Shown: positions 36,123 to 49,226, counted from the first letter of the stretch. The stretch: DNA of 64,000 nt from an uncultured Pseudomonadota bacterium (GCA_903875225.1 CAIQVJ010000006.1:99380-163379); one strand, 5' to 3'. Made by a program: numbers and translations. Notes: generated by a model not told the origin, from the letters alone.

Positions 36123-37157
36123 CTACCGCCTGCGGAGCAGCACGAGGCCCAACCCCAGCGGCAGGAGCCACGCCATCGGGATCCCGCTGCTCGTGGTGCA
36201 GCCGCAGCCGCCCGTCACGGTGAAGGCACCGGACAGCGTGGCCGAGCTACCGTCCACGTTCCGCACGACGAGGTCGTGCACGCCGGCGGTCAGCGCGCTG
36301 GGCGTCTTGCCCGAAACGGTGCCGTCGTCCTGCACCACGACGTTGCTCGCGGCCAGCCCGCCGATCGTGACCTCGGCGCCGTCCACGAAGCCACTGCCGA
36401 GCGCGACGAAGTTCACGGGCATCCCCACATCGGTGGAGGCCGGGGTGATCTCGTAGACCGAGATGTCGCCGGAGGCGGTGTCGGTGTCGGCGTCCGAGTC
36501 GGCGTCCGAGTCCGAGTCGGAGTCGGTGTCGGCGTCGGAGTCCCCGCCCCCGGAGGAGGCCCGGATCACCCACGAGCCATGCGCGCCGGCGCTGGCCAAC
36601 GTCTGGACCCCGGTGGAGAGGTCGAGCCAGTTTCCTTCGTCCGGGGAGTCGTTGTGGATGAACAGGCCGGAGGTGTTGTTGGCGCTCGAATACGGCCACA
36701 CGTAGCCGCTGGTGTCGTCCGGCGCGCAGACCCAGACGATGAGGGCGACGTCGGTCATGGTGACGTTGTCGGTGCCGGCATCGACGTCGTGCAGCGTCAC
36801 GGTGTTGAACGCGCTCGAGGTCACCGTTGCCGCGATCTCCTGCGGGCCCCAGGCGAAGGGGGTCGAGAGCGAGGGTGTGCCTTCCCCGTTGGTCACCTGG
36901 ATCCCGACCTCCGCCAGCGTGTTCTCGCCGTCCTGGTCGCCGGTGTTGGACCCGAGCAGGAACTGCACGGTGTCGATCTCGAGCGGGAGGTCGGCGGCAT
37001 CCGCCTTGAGCACGCTGATGGCGCACTCGGGGTACGCGAGCCAGGCCACCTGGCTGTTGTCGGGGGAGAACGAGTCGTCGGTCGACGTGTCGTTTCGCAG
37101 CGTTGTACCCGCGAAGGCGGGCGCGAGCAGGGCGGGGAGCAGGGCGGCGAGAAGCAT
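36123..37157 (-). CDS. Secreted protein with a D-S/D-T repeat, an IPT/TIG-like domain and a MYXO-CTERM tail
   Basis: Signal MLLAALLPALLAPAFA. ...GGGDSDADTDSDSDSDADSDADTDTASG... C-terminus GGCGCTTSSGIPMAWLLPLGLGLVLLRRR. Confidence 0.6.
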   Translation of the reverse strand: MLLAALLPALLAPAFAGTTLRNDTSTDDSFSPDNSQVAWLAYPECAISVLKADAADLPLEIDTVQFLLGSNTGDQDGENTLAEVGIQVTNGEGTPSLSTPFAWGPQEIAATVTSSAFNTVTLHDVDAGTDNVTMTDVALIVWVCAPDDTSGYVWPYSSANNTSGLFIHNDSPDEGNWLDLSTGVQTLASAGAHGSWVIRASSGGGDSDADTDSDSDSDADSDADTDTASGDISVYEITPASTDVGMPVNFVALGSGFVDGAEVTIGGLAASNVVVQDDGTVSGKTPSALTAGVHDLVVRNVDGSSATLSGAFTVTGGCGCTTSSGIPMAWLLPLGLGLVLLRRR

Positions 37158-37241
37158 GCAGGGATCCTCAGCCGCTACGGTACCACGGCTGCGATGGGCC
37201 AGGGTGCCCGGCTCCGCGGGGGCTCCCCCGGATGGCGCAAG

Positions 37242-38697
37242 TCAGGGAGCAGGGCGGGCGGTGAACCAGCGGAACTCGCATCCCTCGACCGGCGCCTCGA
37301 AGGAGGGGGAGAGTCCCCAGCGCGAGACCAGGGCATCCGTGGCGGGGGAGGCGGGCTGGGCGCCGCACTGCCAGGTGGCCAGCCCGTCCGGCCTGAGCCC
37401 CTCCGCTCTTCGTTGCCCGACGCTGTAGAGGTCGACGCCCGGTTCCTGCATCAGGAAGAGCTCGAGCCCGCCGGGCTCCTCGCTGTGGGGGACAAACAGG
37501 CCGCCGTCGGCGACGACGATGCAGCGGTGCTTCGCGTCGCGGTGGGGACAGGTGGCGTCGAGCAGGGCGTGCACGCGGGTGGACGGCAGCTCCGGGTGCA
37601 CCGTGAGCTCCTCGTAGGCACGACCGGCCGTCCCCAGCGCCCAGGCGAGCACCACGAGGGCGGTGAGCCAGGGGCCGGACCTGCCTCGCGACAGGCCTGC
37701 CGCCGCGATCATCGACAGACCGACGTAGAACAGGGGGAAGTTGTCCAGCCCGCAGTGGACCACCGCGTACATCGCGAGGGATGCGAGCACCCACCCCGCC
37801 AGGATCAGCCGGTGCAGCGGATCGCCGCCCCGAGGGCCCGACGAATCCCTGCGGTGCAGCGCGAGCGAGGCGATGCCGAGCCCGACGAGCACGATCCCCG
37901 AGACGTGCAGCTGGTCGAGGAGCTGGGCACCGAGCCCCGGCACGACCCCTGCGTAGCGCTCGGCGACACCGAGCTTTCCGTGCACGTAGTTCGCGAAGAT
38001 CGGGGCGGGCACGAGCGCGGCCAGCACCCAGGACCCGAGCACCATCCCGATGGCGCGAGGGCGAACCCCGCCCGCCCGCCATCCGGCCACGCCTCCGGAG
38101 GCGCCGAGGAGCAGGAACCACAGCACACCCGAGGGCCGCAGGGTGATCGCGAGGGCCCCCGCGATCCCGATCCAGAGAGCGTTCGCCGGTCGGGTCAGCC
38201 TCGGATCGCTGGCCCACACGCCGGCCGCGAGCACGACGAGCGTGGCCTCCGGGACGTGGATCCAGCCGAGGCGCGACGACAGGATCAGGACCGGTAGCTG
38301 GGCTACGAGCGCTGTGGCGGCCACCGCGGTGGTCGCCCCGCGCCACTGCCAGGCCAATCGCGCGACCCCGATCAGCAGCAGCGAGAACCAGGGCACGCCC
38401 ATCGCCGAGAAGGCGATGCCGCTGGGTCCGGTCGCGTGCAGCCAAAGGGCCAGCAGTGCGTTGTACCAGCCGCCCGGCTGCTGGAGTGTGTGCAGCGCGG
38501 GCATCCAGAAACCGTGGCCGAGCTGATCGTAGAGCACCGGAAGCGGGCGGTAGGCGAGGTTCAGATCCCGGGGGAAGTTCTGCGCCGTGCCGACGTGGAG
38601 CCCGTGCTCGATCGTCGAGCCCGCGAGGACGATGGCCATGAGGATGACCCCGGACCGGGGGGGGCGGCCTGGGGCCACATTTTCGGGAGATGTGGCC
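37242..38697 (-). CDS. Polytopic membrane protein, possible GT-C family (GT39/PMT/ArnT-like) glycosyltransferase
   Basis: About 12 TM helices across 485 aa. Start chosen at MATSPENV. The assignment is made on overall architecture only. Confidence 0.35.
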
Positions 38698-38703
38698 ATT
38701 CGG

Positions 38704-40632
38704 CTACTTCTCGCCGGATCGGAGCGCGAGGAAGGGGTGGTCTGCCCCGGCGAGTGGGTCCTCCATCCCCGCCCGGAAAGCCAGGGCGAGGGGCTCGGGC
38801 ATGGCGTCAGCGACACGGGCACAGAACGCCGGGCTCGCGCCCGGATGGGGGCATGCCATCCCCGCGCCATACGCCAGGTCGGACCGAAAGTTCAGCGAGT
38901 CGATTGCGGTCCCCAGGCACTGGCCGAGGCGGGCGGCTCCGGCCGCCTTCGTGGACTTGCGATCACGGCAGACGTCGGCGATGGCGGGACCGACGGCCCG
39001 GCAGGTCCAACACTCGCCCTCGGGCGCACCAGCGGTCGCCAACGCCAGGATGTCCGCCCCCCGCGCGGCGGCGTTCACGGCGCGATCCTTCGCCGGGGGT
39101 CTGGGGCGTGTGCCCGGCAGTGGAGGGGCGCCGTTGGAAACGCCAAACATGAGGTTTGCAGCCATTCCCTGGCCGAGCGCACGAGCCGTTTCGGGCGGGA
39201 GCGTCGCGAGGAGAGCATTCGTCGTGAGCAGAGCGGGCCATCCGGCGATCGGGTACGTCAAACCCTGCCCGAAGGCTGCTACTGCGGTGTCTGGCATGCC
39301 AGCCAGGGAAGGAATCGTCGTCGCGTCGAGCCGCTGGCTCCGCATCGCCGCCTGGTACCCCTCCACCCGCCGCAGGGCTGCCTCGGTGCGCGAGTCGCCG
39401 GAGTGCGCGGTCGACAGGTGCGTCGACCGCCCGATCGCGAGTCCGGTGAATCCCGGGTGATGGATCGCCCGGATCCCCCAGACGTCGTGCAAGGGTTCGT
39501 GGTGTTCTTCGAACGCCTTGAAGCTTTGCATCCAACCCCAGCCATCTGCGCCCAGCATGGCGAGAACACCGATCGCGCCTGCCTTTGCTCGCCAGCCGGA
39601 CCCACCCGCACCGCTCGCCCCGAGCGCTGTCAGGAGCATCATCCACGGCGCGTGGTAACGCATGTTCATCAATGCGCCGTGGGGCGTCATCTTCGCCAGG
39701 GGAAAGCCCGAGATCACGTAGAGCGCTGCGTAGGCGCCGACCATCGCGGGGACCGCGAAGCGCACCCGGCCCCGGGCGCTTTCCCCAGCCAGGACGACGA
39801 GCCCGATGACCGCGCCCGCGAGCCACAATGTGGTGGCGATGGTCGTCCGGTCGAGGCCGGTGAACAATCGCAGCCCCAGCTGATCCGGCCTCCACAAGGC
39901 AAGTCCACGCTCGGCTGCCTCGCCCGCGCCGTAGGGGAGCAGGTTGGACGCCAGATCCATCTGGTAGGTGCCATGGTCGCCGGCCGCAGCCGGGATCGCG
40001 ATCAGGGACCCGCCCGCCAGGAGCCCTGCGATCACGCGCCAGCGGCCATCACGCGGGGCGAGCGCGAAGGGGAGCAGCGCCACCGGGGCGAGCAGGGTGG
40101 TGCGGCAGAACCACAGCCCAAGGCCCATGCAGAGCCCGCCCAACGCCGATCGCCCGGTCGCGACGCAGCCCAGGGCTGCGAATACGAAGAACATGCTCTC
40201 CGTGTGGTTGCCCCAGAGCATCAGCGAGAGGTCCGAGACCCCGAGCGGCGGGACGGCGAAGAGCACGGCGAAGGCCCACCCGGCGCGGCGCCCCGCGTGG
40301 GCCGAGAGGGCCCAGAACCCCGCGAGCAGCGTCGCTGTCGTCCAGAGCAGGCCCACGCCCTTCCACAGCACGAGGTGGTCGCCCCCGAGCGCGAAGATCG
40401 GCGCGACGAGCACCGAGTCGACGGTGCAGCCTCCGCAGAAGCTCTTGTACTGCAGCGTGAGGAGCTGGTCCCACAAGCCGGCGTGCACGACGTACCAGCC
40501 CACCGCAGCGTTGTAGTTGTCCTCCCAGTTCCAGTAGCGCTCCGGATCGATGAGGTAGCGGCTGGCATCGAGCGCGACGCGCAGCGCGACGAGCACCAGG
40601 AGCACGAGCTTTTCGCGGATCGAGATCGTCAA
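38704..40632 (-). CDS. Polytopic membrane protein with an N-terminal GT-C-like acidic-loop motif and a C-terminal periplasmic domain
   Basis: TM1 is followed by YWNWEDNYNAAVGW (a DE/ED loop motif typical of GT-C transferases). About 10 TM helices, then a soluble domain of roughly 250 aa with paired Cys. Confidence 0.35.
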   Translation of the reverse strand: MTISIREKLVLLVLVALRVALDASRYLIDPERYWNWEDNYNAAVGWYVVHAGLWDQLLTLQYKSFCGGCTVDSVLVAPIFALGGDHLVLWKGVGLLWTTATLLAGFWALSAHAGRRAGWAFAVLFAVPPLGVSDLSLMLWGNHTESMFFVFAALGCVATGRSALGGLCMGLGLWFCRTTLLAPVALLPFALAPRDGRWRVIAGLLAGGSLIAIPAAAGDHGTYQMDLASNLLPYGAGEAAERGLALWRPDQLGLRLFTGLDRTTIATTLWLAGAVIGLVVLAGESARGRVRFAVPAMVGAYAALYVISGFPLAKMTPHGALMNMRYHAPWMMLLTALGASGAGGSGWRAKAGAIGVLAMLGADGWGWMQSFKAFEEHHEPLHDVWGIRAIHHPGFTGLAIGRSTHLSTAHSGDSRTEAALRRVEGYQAAMRSQRLDATTIPSLAGMPDTAVAAFGQGLTYPIAGWPALLTTNALLATLPPETARALGQGMAANLMFGVSNGAPPLPGTRPRPPAKDRAVNAAARGADILALATAGAPEGECWTCRAVGPAIADVCRDRKSTKAAGAARLGQCLGTAIDSLNFRSDLAYGAGMACPHPGASPAFCARVADAMPEPLALAFRAGMEDPLAGADHPFLALRSGEK

Positions 40633-42053
40633 TGGCCGGCCAGATAACCAGCGACTTCGGGGGACAGGGTCGCGCGCGGGATCGCACGACGCTGCCAGAC
40701 CGCGACGCCGGCTGCGCTGTAGATCAACCCGTGCGACGATGTCGACGTGATCGCGTGCAGCGTGCCGGGCAGGCCGCCGGCGGCGTCGGGCAGGGTCACG
40801 TCGGCGACCACGTAGTCCCAGTCCCGAACCGGACGGCGGGCGATCACCCCGAGCCGGCGGTGGTCGGCGAACCGGGCGACGAGCGTGTCCTGCGCGAGCA
40901 CCGATGCGCCGGCAGGGACGAGCGCCAGGGCCTCCTGGACAGCGCGGGCATCGGCGCGCGCCGATGCGCCCAGCAGATCAGTCGTCGGCACGCCGGGGCT
41001 CCACGCCGCCGCACACGCGCCCGCCGTCCCGAGGATGAGCACGCCCACGATCCCGCGCGCGGTCCAGGGCCCCGGGAAGCGCCGCCCGAGGCGCGCGGCC
41101 GCCAGCGCGGCCGCCACGGTGAGCACCGCCAGCGACGGCGCGCCGTAGTGAAACGCGGCGTCGACGTGGTTGGGGTTCGAGCCCAGCAGGCGCTCCGCGA
41201 GGAACGGTGCGGCCGCGAGAGTCAGGGGATCGCCGAGCGGGAGGAACCCGAGCGCGCCGAAGCCGAGCAGCAGCAGGCGCAGCTTCTCCGGGCTGTCGAC
41301 CGCAGTCCTGAGCACCGCGACCGGGTTCGCCCAGCCGCCATCCCGCAGCGCCGGCGCCCACTCGAACATGTGGAACGCAGCCCCCCGGAACCAGGGGATC
41401 ACCGCGAAGATGCAGGCGAGCGACCACGCCGCGCCGAACACGGCGAGCGAGAGCCCGACCGCCCGCTCCCGCCGGGCGAGCGCGGTCCAGATGCCGAGCC
41501 CGGCGAGGTAGAAGCCGACGTCCTCCTTGCAGCAGAGGGCCAGGAGGGTGAGCCCCGCCGCCCGGCGGGGGTGGCGCGTGTCGAAGGCGTCGAAGGCGAA
41601 GATGAGCAGGGGGGCGACGAGCGTGGACGGGTGGACCGGGAACATCACGGCGGCCGTGGTGGCCGGGTTGACGAGGTACGCGAGCGCGAGCGTGAAGGCC
41701 ACGGCGGGCGAGCCCGTGGCTCGGAACGTGATCCGGGCGAGCGGCCGCGCCGCTGCCGCGACCAGGGCGGTCTCCCCCACGATCAGGGCGAACGGCGTGC
41801 CGCACGCGCGGAGGATCGGCGCGTACAGGTACAGGATCGGTTGGAAGTGGTCCCCGAGCCAGTGGGTGTTGTTGAGCAGCGAGCTGCGCCCGGGCTCCCC
41901 GTGGGCGAGCCCCCAGGTGACTTGAGCGAATATGCCGAAGTCGAAGGCGGGCAGTTGGTTCGCCTGCCACAGGAGCCAGAGACGGGTGATCCATGCGGCC
42001 CACACGAGGCCCATCGCCACCGCCACGGCGCGTGTGGGTTCGGCGGGCCTCAC
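40629..42053 (-). CDS. Polytopic membrane protein (DUF2079-like)
   Basis: 474 aa, more than 10 TM helices. 4-nt overlaps with both neighbours. Confidence 0.3.
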   Translation of the reverse strand: MRPAEPTRAVAVAMGLVWAAWITRLWLLWQANQLPAFDFGIFAQVTWGLAHGEPGRSSLLNNTHWLGDHFQPILYLYAPILRACGTPFALIVGETALVAAAARPLARITFRATGSPAVAFTLALAYLVNPATTAAVMFPVHPSTLVAPLLIFAFDAFDTRHPRRAAGLTLLALCCKEDVGFYLAGLGIWTALARRERAVGLSLAVFGAAWSLACIFAVIPWFRGAAFHMFEWAPALRDGGWANPVAVLRTAVDSPEKLRLLLLGFGALGFLPLGDPLTLAAAPFLAERLLGSNPNHVDAAFHYGAPSLAVLTVAAALAAARLGRRFPGPWTARGIVGVLILGTAGACAAAWSPGVPTTDLLGASARADARAVQEALALVPAGASVLAQDTLVARFADHRRLGVIARRPVRDWDYVVADVTLPDAAGGLPGTLHAITSTSSHGLIYSAAGVAVWQRRAIPRATLSPEVAGYLAGH

Positions 42054-43711
42054 AGGAGCCGGACGACCGGCTGCCCTTTCATCAGCACGCGCTGGGTGCG
42101 GAGGTCGGTCACCGTCGCGATCAGCCAGCGCTCGGCGTTCACGCCGAGCCGGACGTCCAGTCGTGGCTTGTTGTCGCTCGGCTGGTGGGGCGGGTCGATC
42201 GTCCCGAGCGTGGGGTTCGCCTCGTTCAGCGGCACCACGACCACCCCGTCGGTGTCGCGGTCCAGGGGGCGCAGGCCGCCCCCGGCGTCCCAGCCGAACT
42301 TCACGCCGGCCTCGTCATTGTGCCCGATCTCCGCCACCAGGAGCTTGAACAGGGTCTCGGGCTCCCCGAGCGGGCAGGCGGGCACCAGCTGGCGGTGCCA
42401 CACGTCTGCGCAGGGCACCGGCGTTCCGCGCGGGACGACGACGGTGTGCGCCTTCGCGCCCCCGCCTCGCGCGTGGGTGACCAGCGCGTAGTCGTGGACG
42501 ATGAAGTCGGAGAGGCGCAGGTCGCCCCCGCCGAAGGCCGCGGCTCCGAGCGCCACGGCCTCGAACGGCTGCCACGCCCGGATGGCGTCCCGGCCAAAGT
42601 GCGCCTCCAACCGCGGGTAGATGCCGGGCAGCAGCGTGGAGCCGCCGATCAGCAACACGTCGCTCGCGCCGCCCCGGGCAACCCGCGCAAGCTGCCCCTC
42701 GAGCAGGCTGTACAGCCCGCGGGCCTCGAGCACGCCGGTGAGGTCTGCCGCGGTCCAGCGCTGGCCCGAGAGCGCTGTCGCCCGCGCTTTCAACCCACGC
42801 AGCTCCTCGGGTGCGAAGAGGGTGAACGTCGCCTCCTCGCCCACGTGCAGCGCCTCCTTCACGCGGCGAGCCTCGGCCAGCATCGATCGGCGCCACAGGA
42901 TCGTGGTCTCGTCGTTCACGCCGTCGTCCAGCCGGATGCCCGCGCGTTCGGCCACGGCGTCGAGGATCCACCGGTCCACGGTGTCCCCGCCGATCGGGTG
43001 CCCCTCCTTGGCGAGCACCTCGCACCCTCCGGCATCGACGCCGCGCGGCGAGAGGCGCACGCGAGCGACGTGACAGGTGCCGCCGCCGATGTCCACAACC
43101 ACGACTTCGCGCGGCTTGTCGAGCCCGACACCGTAGCCGATCGCCGCTGCGACCGGTTCGTCCACGAAGCGCACCGTGCGGATCCCGGCGCTCTCGAGCA
43201 CGGCGCGGAGCTCGGCCCTGTAGGACTCGAAGCTGTCGATCGGCGAGGCGACCACGATGTCGCGGATGCGCTCCCCAGTGACTTGCTGCACCTCGTCCAA
43301 CAGCTCCCGGACGTACAGCCTGGCCGCCTCGCGCGCGCTCACGGGCTTCCTGCCCACGTGGGCGACGGGGAAGAGAGGGTCGCGCGCCAGCGCGGCCTTG
43401 AACGAGGGGCAGTAGCTGGGGGTGGGCCAGATCGCGTTCGGCTCGTGCGCCGGGCGACCGATCTCGGCTTCTTCCCCGATGAACACCCAGTCCCGCAGCA
43501 GCGGCAGGCGGCCGATCTTCACCCGCAGGTCGGGCTCCAGGGCCACGATGCAGCTGGGCACCATGCGGCCCGCGCCCAGCTCCTCCGCGCCGAGCGCATC
43601 CGCGCGGCGGCAGATCCGCGGGAGCTCGATCAGCTCCGCCCTTCGGGCACCGGCGTTCCAACGGGCCAGCCCGGAGTTGGTGGTGCCGAGGTCAAGGCCC
43701 CAAACGGACAT
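42050..43711 (-). CDS. Atypical Hsp70-family protein (DnaK-like nucleotide-binding domain with a divergent C-terminus)
   Basis: GLDLGTTNS (phosphate 1), VVVDIGGGT (phosphate 2) and DEPVAAAIGYG motifs. No canonical substrate-binding-domain signature. Confidence 0.6.
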   Translation of the reverse strand: MSVWGLDLGTTNSGLARWNAGARRAELIELPRICRRADALGAEELGAGRMVPSCIVALEPDLRVKIGRLPLLRDWVFIGEEAEIGRPAHEPNAIWPTPSYCPSFKAALARDPLFPVAHVGRKPVSAREAARLYVRELLDEVQQVTGERIRDIVVASPIDSFESYRAELRAVLESAGIRTVRFVDEPVAAAIGYGVGLDKPREVVVVDIGGGTCHVARVRLSPRGVDAGGCEVLAKEGHPIGGDTVDRWILDAVAERAGIRLDDGVNDETTILWRRSMLAEARRVKEALHVGEEATFTLFAPEELRGLKARATALSGQRWTAADLTGVLEARGLYSLLEGQLARVARGGASDVLLIGGSTLLPGIYPRLEAHFGRDAIRAWQPFEAVALGAAAFGGGDLRLSDFIVHDYALVTHARGGGAKAHTVVVPRGTPVPCADVWHRQLVPACPLGEPETLFKLLVAEIGHNDEAGVKFGWDAGGGLRPLDRDTDGVVVVPLNEANPTLGTIDPPHQPSDNKPRLDVRLGVNAERWLIATVTDLRTQRVLMKGQPVVRLL

Positions 43712-43730
43712 CCGAGCCCTCTACCCCGGT

Positions 43731-44705
43731 CTACTCGGCGGCGGCGACGGCGCACCAGTCGGCGTTGTTGCCCAACCCGTCGGTCGCGTAGGGCGAAGGC
43801 TGCCCGAAGCTGTGGGCGGCGAGCCAGTCCTGGGCGATGTTCCAGTCCTTCCGCCCCATCTCGTGCCCGTTGTCGTCCTGGCAGCGCACGACGAAGTGGC
43901 TGTCCGCGAGAAGCTCGCCCTGGAGCGTGTCCGTGGCGGCGGCGAAGTCGACGACGACCATCGAGGTGCTGGGCCACACGTCCACAGCGTCCGCTCCCGT
44001 GGTGAGGAGCACGGGAAGGCCGGTGACCGGCGTGGTGTACTCGGCGAGCAGCGTGTCGAACCCCGGGGCGGTCACGTCGCTGCCGCCCGACAGCTCGACG
44101 GCGGTCGCGATGGTGTCCGCGCGGTGCACCGTGATGACTGTCGTCCACAACGCGCCGCCGGAGAAGCCGACGATCGAGAGCCGGCTCAGGTCCACGTCGA
44201 GGTTCTGGGCCGCGCAGGTGCGCAGGTCGTCGTAGAGGACCAGATCGTGGTCGGTCGAGAGCGTGAGGTCCCAGAGGTAGACGTTCATGACGCCCAGCAG
44301 GTTCTGGACGGGCGCGTCGGGCACGATCCACACCGTGTTGGTCGAGTCGGCGAGCGCCTGCAGGTCGAGCGCCGACGCGGTGTCGCCGCCCGGGTTGGTG
44401 CTGCTGGCTGGGTCTGCGACGCCGTGGAAGAAGAAGTTCACGGGCATCGCCGTGCCGGGCGAGGAGGGGATGACCACGGTCACCTGCCGCTCTTCGTCGC
44501 TGGAGAGGAACGTGGACGTCCCGGACGTGGAGAAGTCCGGGCAGGCCCCCGACGACAGCGGCGCAAGCTCGGCGGGGCCGCCGTCGACCGCGGTGTCGGC
44601 GGTGTCGTCCCCGGCGGGTGTTGCGGTGTCGTCCGTCTTGCCGGTGCAGGCGACGAGGGGGGCGAGCAGGACGAGGAGGGTGAGCGGGGAGACAGACATC
44701 GGCAC
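43731..44705 (-). CDS. Lipoprotein alpha/beta-hydrolase (esterase/depolymerase-like)
   Basis: Lipobox LVACTG. Nucleophile elbow GFSGGA (GxSxG). Confidence 0.5.
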   Translation of the reverse strand: MPMSVSPLTLLVLLAPLVACTGKTDDTATPAGDDTADTAVDGGPAELAPLSSGACPDFSTSGTSTFLSSDEERQVTVVIPSSPGTAMPVNFFFHGVADPASSTNPGGDTASALDLQALADSTNTVWIVPDAPVQNLLGVMNVYLWDLTLSTDHDLVLYDDLRTCAAQNLDVDLSRLSIVGFSGGALWTTVITVHRADTIATAVELSGGSDVTAPGFDTLLAEYTTPVTGLPVLLTTGADAVDVWPSTSMVVVDFAAATDTLQGELLADSHFVVRCQDDNGHEMGRKDWNIAQDWLAAHSFGQPSPYATDGLGNNADWCAVAAAE

Positions 44706-44844
44706 TCCAGAGGACGTGCGTGTGTATCAAGGTAGGCCGTGCCGGGGCGCAGCGGCGTCCTGCGGCCGGGACGGCGCCGGATCCCGGGTGGCGAGCCGCC
44801 CCCCTGTGCTGGAACCGCCCCCGGCCCCGCGTTAGCCGCGCGCC

Positions 44845-47460
<2,616 letters not shown>

Positions 47461-47487
47461 TCGGGGCCCGGCTCTCGGACCCGGGGT

Positions 47488-48273
47488 TCAGCTCTCGCCG
47501 GTGCGGCTCGCCTCGAGCTCCGCCAGGCGCTCGCGGATCACACGGCGCGCGATGTCGGGCACCTGGTCGCGAACCGCCTCGTCCACGGCGATCTCGATCA
47601 GGTCCCGGAAGCTCCGGGAGCTGGTGAGCGCCTTGCGCAGGACGGCCTCCACGACCTCCGGGAGCACCTCGAGGATCGCGCGCTCGATCGCGGGCCCCAC
47701 CACGCCCGGGTCCACGTGCACCACCGGGAGCTGCTGCCAGTCGCGCGGGATGAAGCTGCTGATGCGTTCGTTCGCGATGGGCGTGGCGGTGCGGACGCCG
47801 TCCGGGGTGGTCTCCGCGACTTCCACCGGCTCCACGGCCTCCATCGGCATGTTCATCGGCTCTGGCTCCTCGGAGACCACTGCGGGCTCGGGGATGCCCG
47901 GCTCCGAGCTGATCGGGCCGAGGACGCCTTCCAGTTGCTTGCGCACGGCGTCTGCCTGCAAGGGTCTCGGCATGCGACCGTCCACGCCGGCGGCCTCGGC
48001 GCGTGGCGCCTGGTACACCTCGAACCCCCCCGTGATGAGGAAGATCGCGGCGGCCGGCTGGCGGATCTTTACTGATTTGGCAAAATCGTAGCCGTTTCCC
48101 TTGGGAAACGTGAGCGCTGCGATCACCGCCGTGATCTCGGTCTGGTCGACGATCGCATCGGCCTCCACGAGGTTGCTGGCGGATCGGACGGCGAAGGGCG
48201 TGTCGGCCAACGCCTCGGTCACGCGCTGGGCGCTGGACGGATTTGTGTCAACGACGAGGACGGTACGGGTTGC
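47488..48273 (-). CDS. Pseudo-receiver domain protein (CheY-like fold without a phospho-acceptor Asp) with a C-terminal domain of unknown function
   Basis: MATRTVLVVDTNPSS... aligns to a receiver. The position of Asp57 reads AVIAALTFP and the Lys109 position reads GRMPRP. Confidence 0.4.
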   Translation of the reverse strand, partial: ATRTVLVVDTNPSSAQRVTEALADTPFAVRSASNLVEADAIVDQTEITAVIAALTFPKGNGYDFAKSVKIRQPAAAIFLITGGFEVYQAPRAEAAGVDGRMPRPLQADAVRKQLEGVLGPISSEPGIPEPAVVSEEPEPMNMPMEAVEPVEVAETTPDGVRTATPIANERISSFIPRDWQQLPVVHVDPGVVGPAIERAILEVLPEVVEAVLRKALTSSRSFRDLIEIAVDEAVRDQVPDIARRVIRERLAELEASRTGES

Positions 48274-48380
48274 CATGCGGCGCCAGTGAATCACCGGAGG
48301 GGCCCCGGTGTCAACTGTGCGGCGAAACCTTGCTGGAATCTGACGCGCCAGCCTGCCTGTTTCTGCGCGTCACCGGTCCG

Positions 48381-49223
48381 TCACCTGCGCGGTTGCGGCC
48401 AGCCTTTCTGCGGCGGCCCGCGGCGCTGCTCCGGGGCCTGCGGGATCGGCTTGCCTGCCGCCTTCGCCTGGGCCTGCGCCATCTCCATCAATCGTTCCTT
48501 GGGGATCTCGTCCGGCATGAACGCGTACCAGGGCTCTCCGAACACCTCCATGTCTGGTCGGCGCTTGTTGGTGAACGCCTCCTGCATCGCGAGCAGCGGC
48601 TTTGCCTTGGGGCTCGCCACGAGGCCCTTTCCGATGAGCTGCAGCGCTTCGTCACGCTTCTTCTGCTCGTTCACCATCCAGGCCCACACGCCCCAGTACA
48701 GGGGCTCGCTGGCGCCGCCGCCTTCGGCCTTCGCCATCACCGGCTGGATCTCGTCGAAGCGGTTCAGGCGGTGCAGGCACAGCGCGCGGATCGTCTGCGC
48801 CCGCCAGTCCCGGCTCCACGCCTGGGAGAGCTCCTCGAGGGCCTCGCGCAGCTTGGCCTCGCCGATCGCCTTCTTGCCCACGTCCCGGGTGTACTTGTGC
48901 TCCAGCAGGCTGCCGCACGCCTGCTGGTAGTCCAACTGGCCGAGCTGGCTGTACACCTGCTCCTTGACGAGGAACTGCCACCGTGAGAGCGGCAGCGCCT
49001 CCATGATCGCGGCCCGGCCGCCATCCACGTCGCCGGCCTGAAGCAGCGTCATCGCGCGGGTGAAGATGGTCTCGACCTGCTTGCCGGTGCGGCGGGCGAG
49101 GAGGACGTAGGCGACGCCGAGGGTGATGAGCGCGGGCACGATGCCGGCGATCCACCCGGAGACAGCCCAGCCCAGGACGAACACTGCGACGGAGGCGCCG
49201 AGTGCGATGGCTACGTTGTACAT
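48381..49223 (-). CDS. Membrane-anchored helical (TPR-like) protein, hypothetical
   Basis: Two N-terminal TM helices, then an alpha-helical repeat region. Confidence 0.3.
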   Translation of the reverse strand: MYNVAIALGASVAVFVLGWAVSGWIAGIVPALITLGVAYVLLARRTGKQVETIFTRAMTLLQAGDVDGGRAAIMEALPLSRWQFLVKEQVYSQLGQLDYQQACGSLLEHKYTRDVGKKAIGEAKLREALEELSQAWSRDWRAQTIRALCLHRLNRFDEIQPVMAKAEGGGASEPLYWGVWAWMVNEQKKRDEALQLIGKGLVASPKAKPLLAMQEAFTNKRRPDMEVFGEPWYAFMPDEIPKERLMEMAQAQAKAAGKPIPQAPEQRRGPPQKGWPQPRR

Positions 49224-49226
49224 GGT

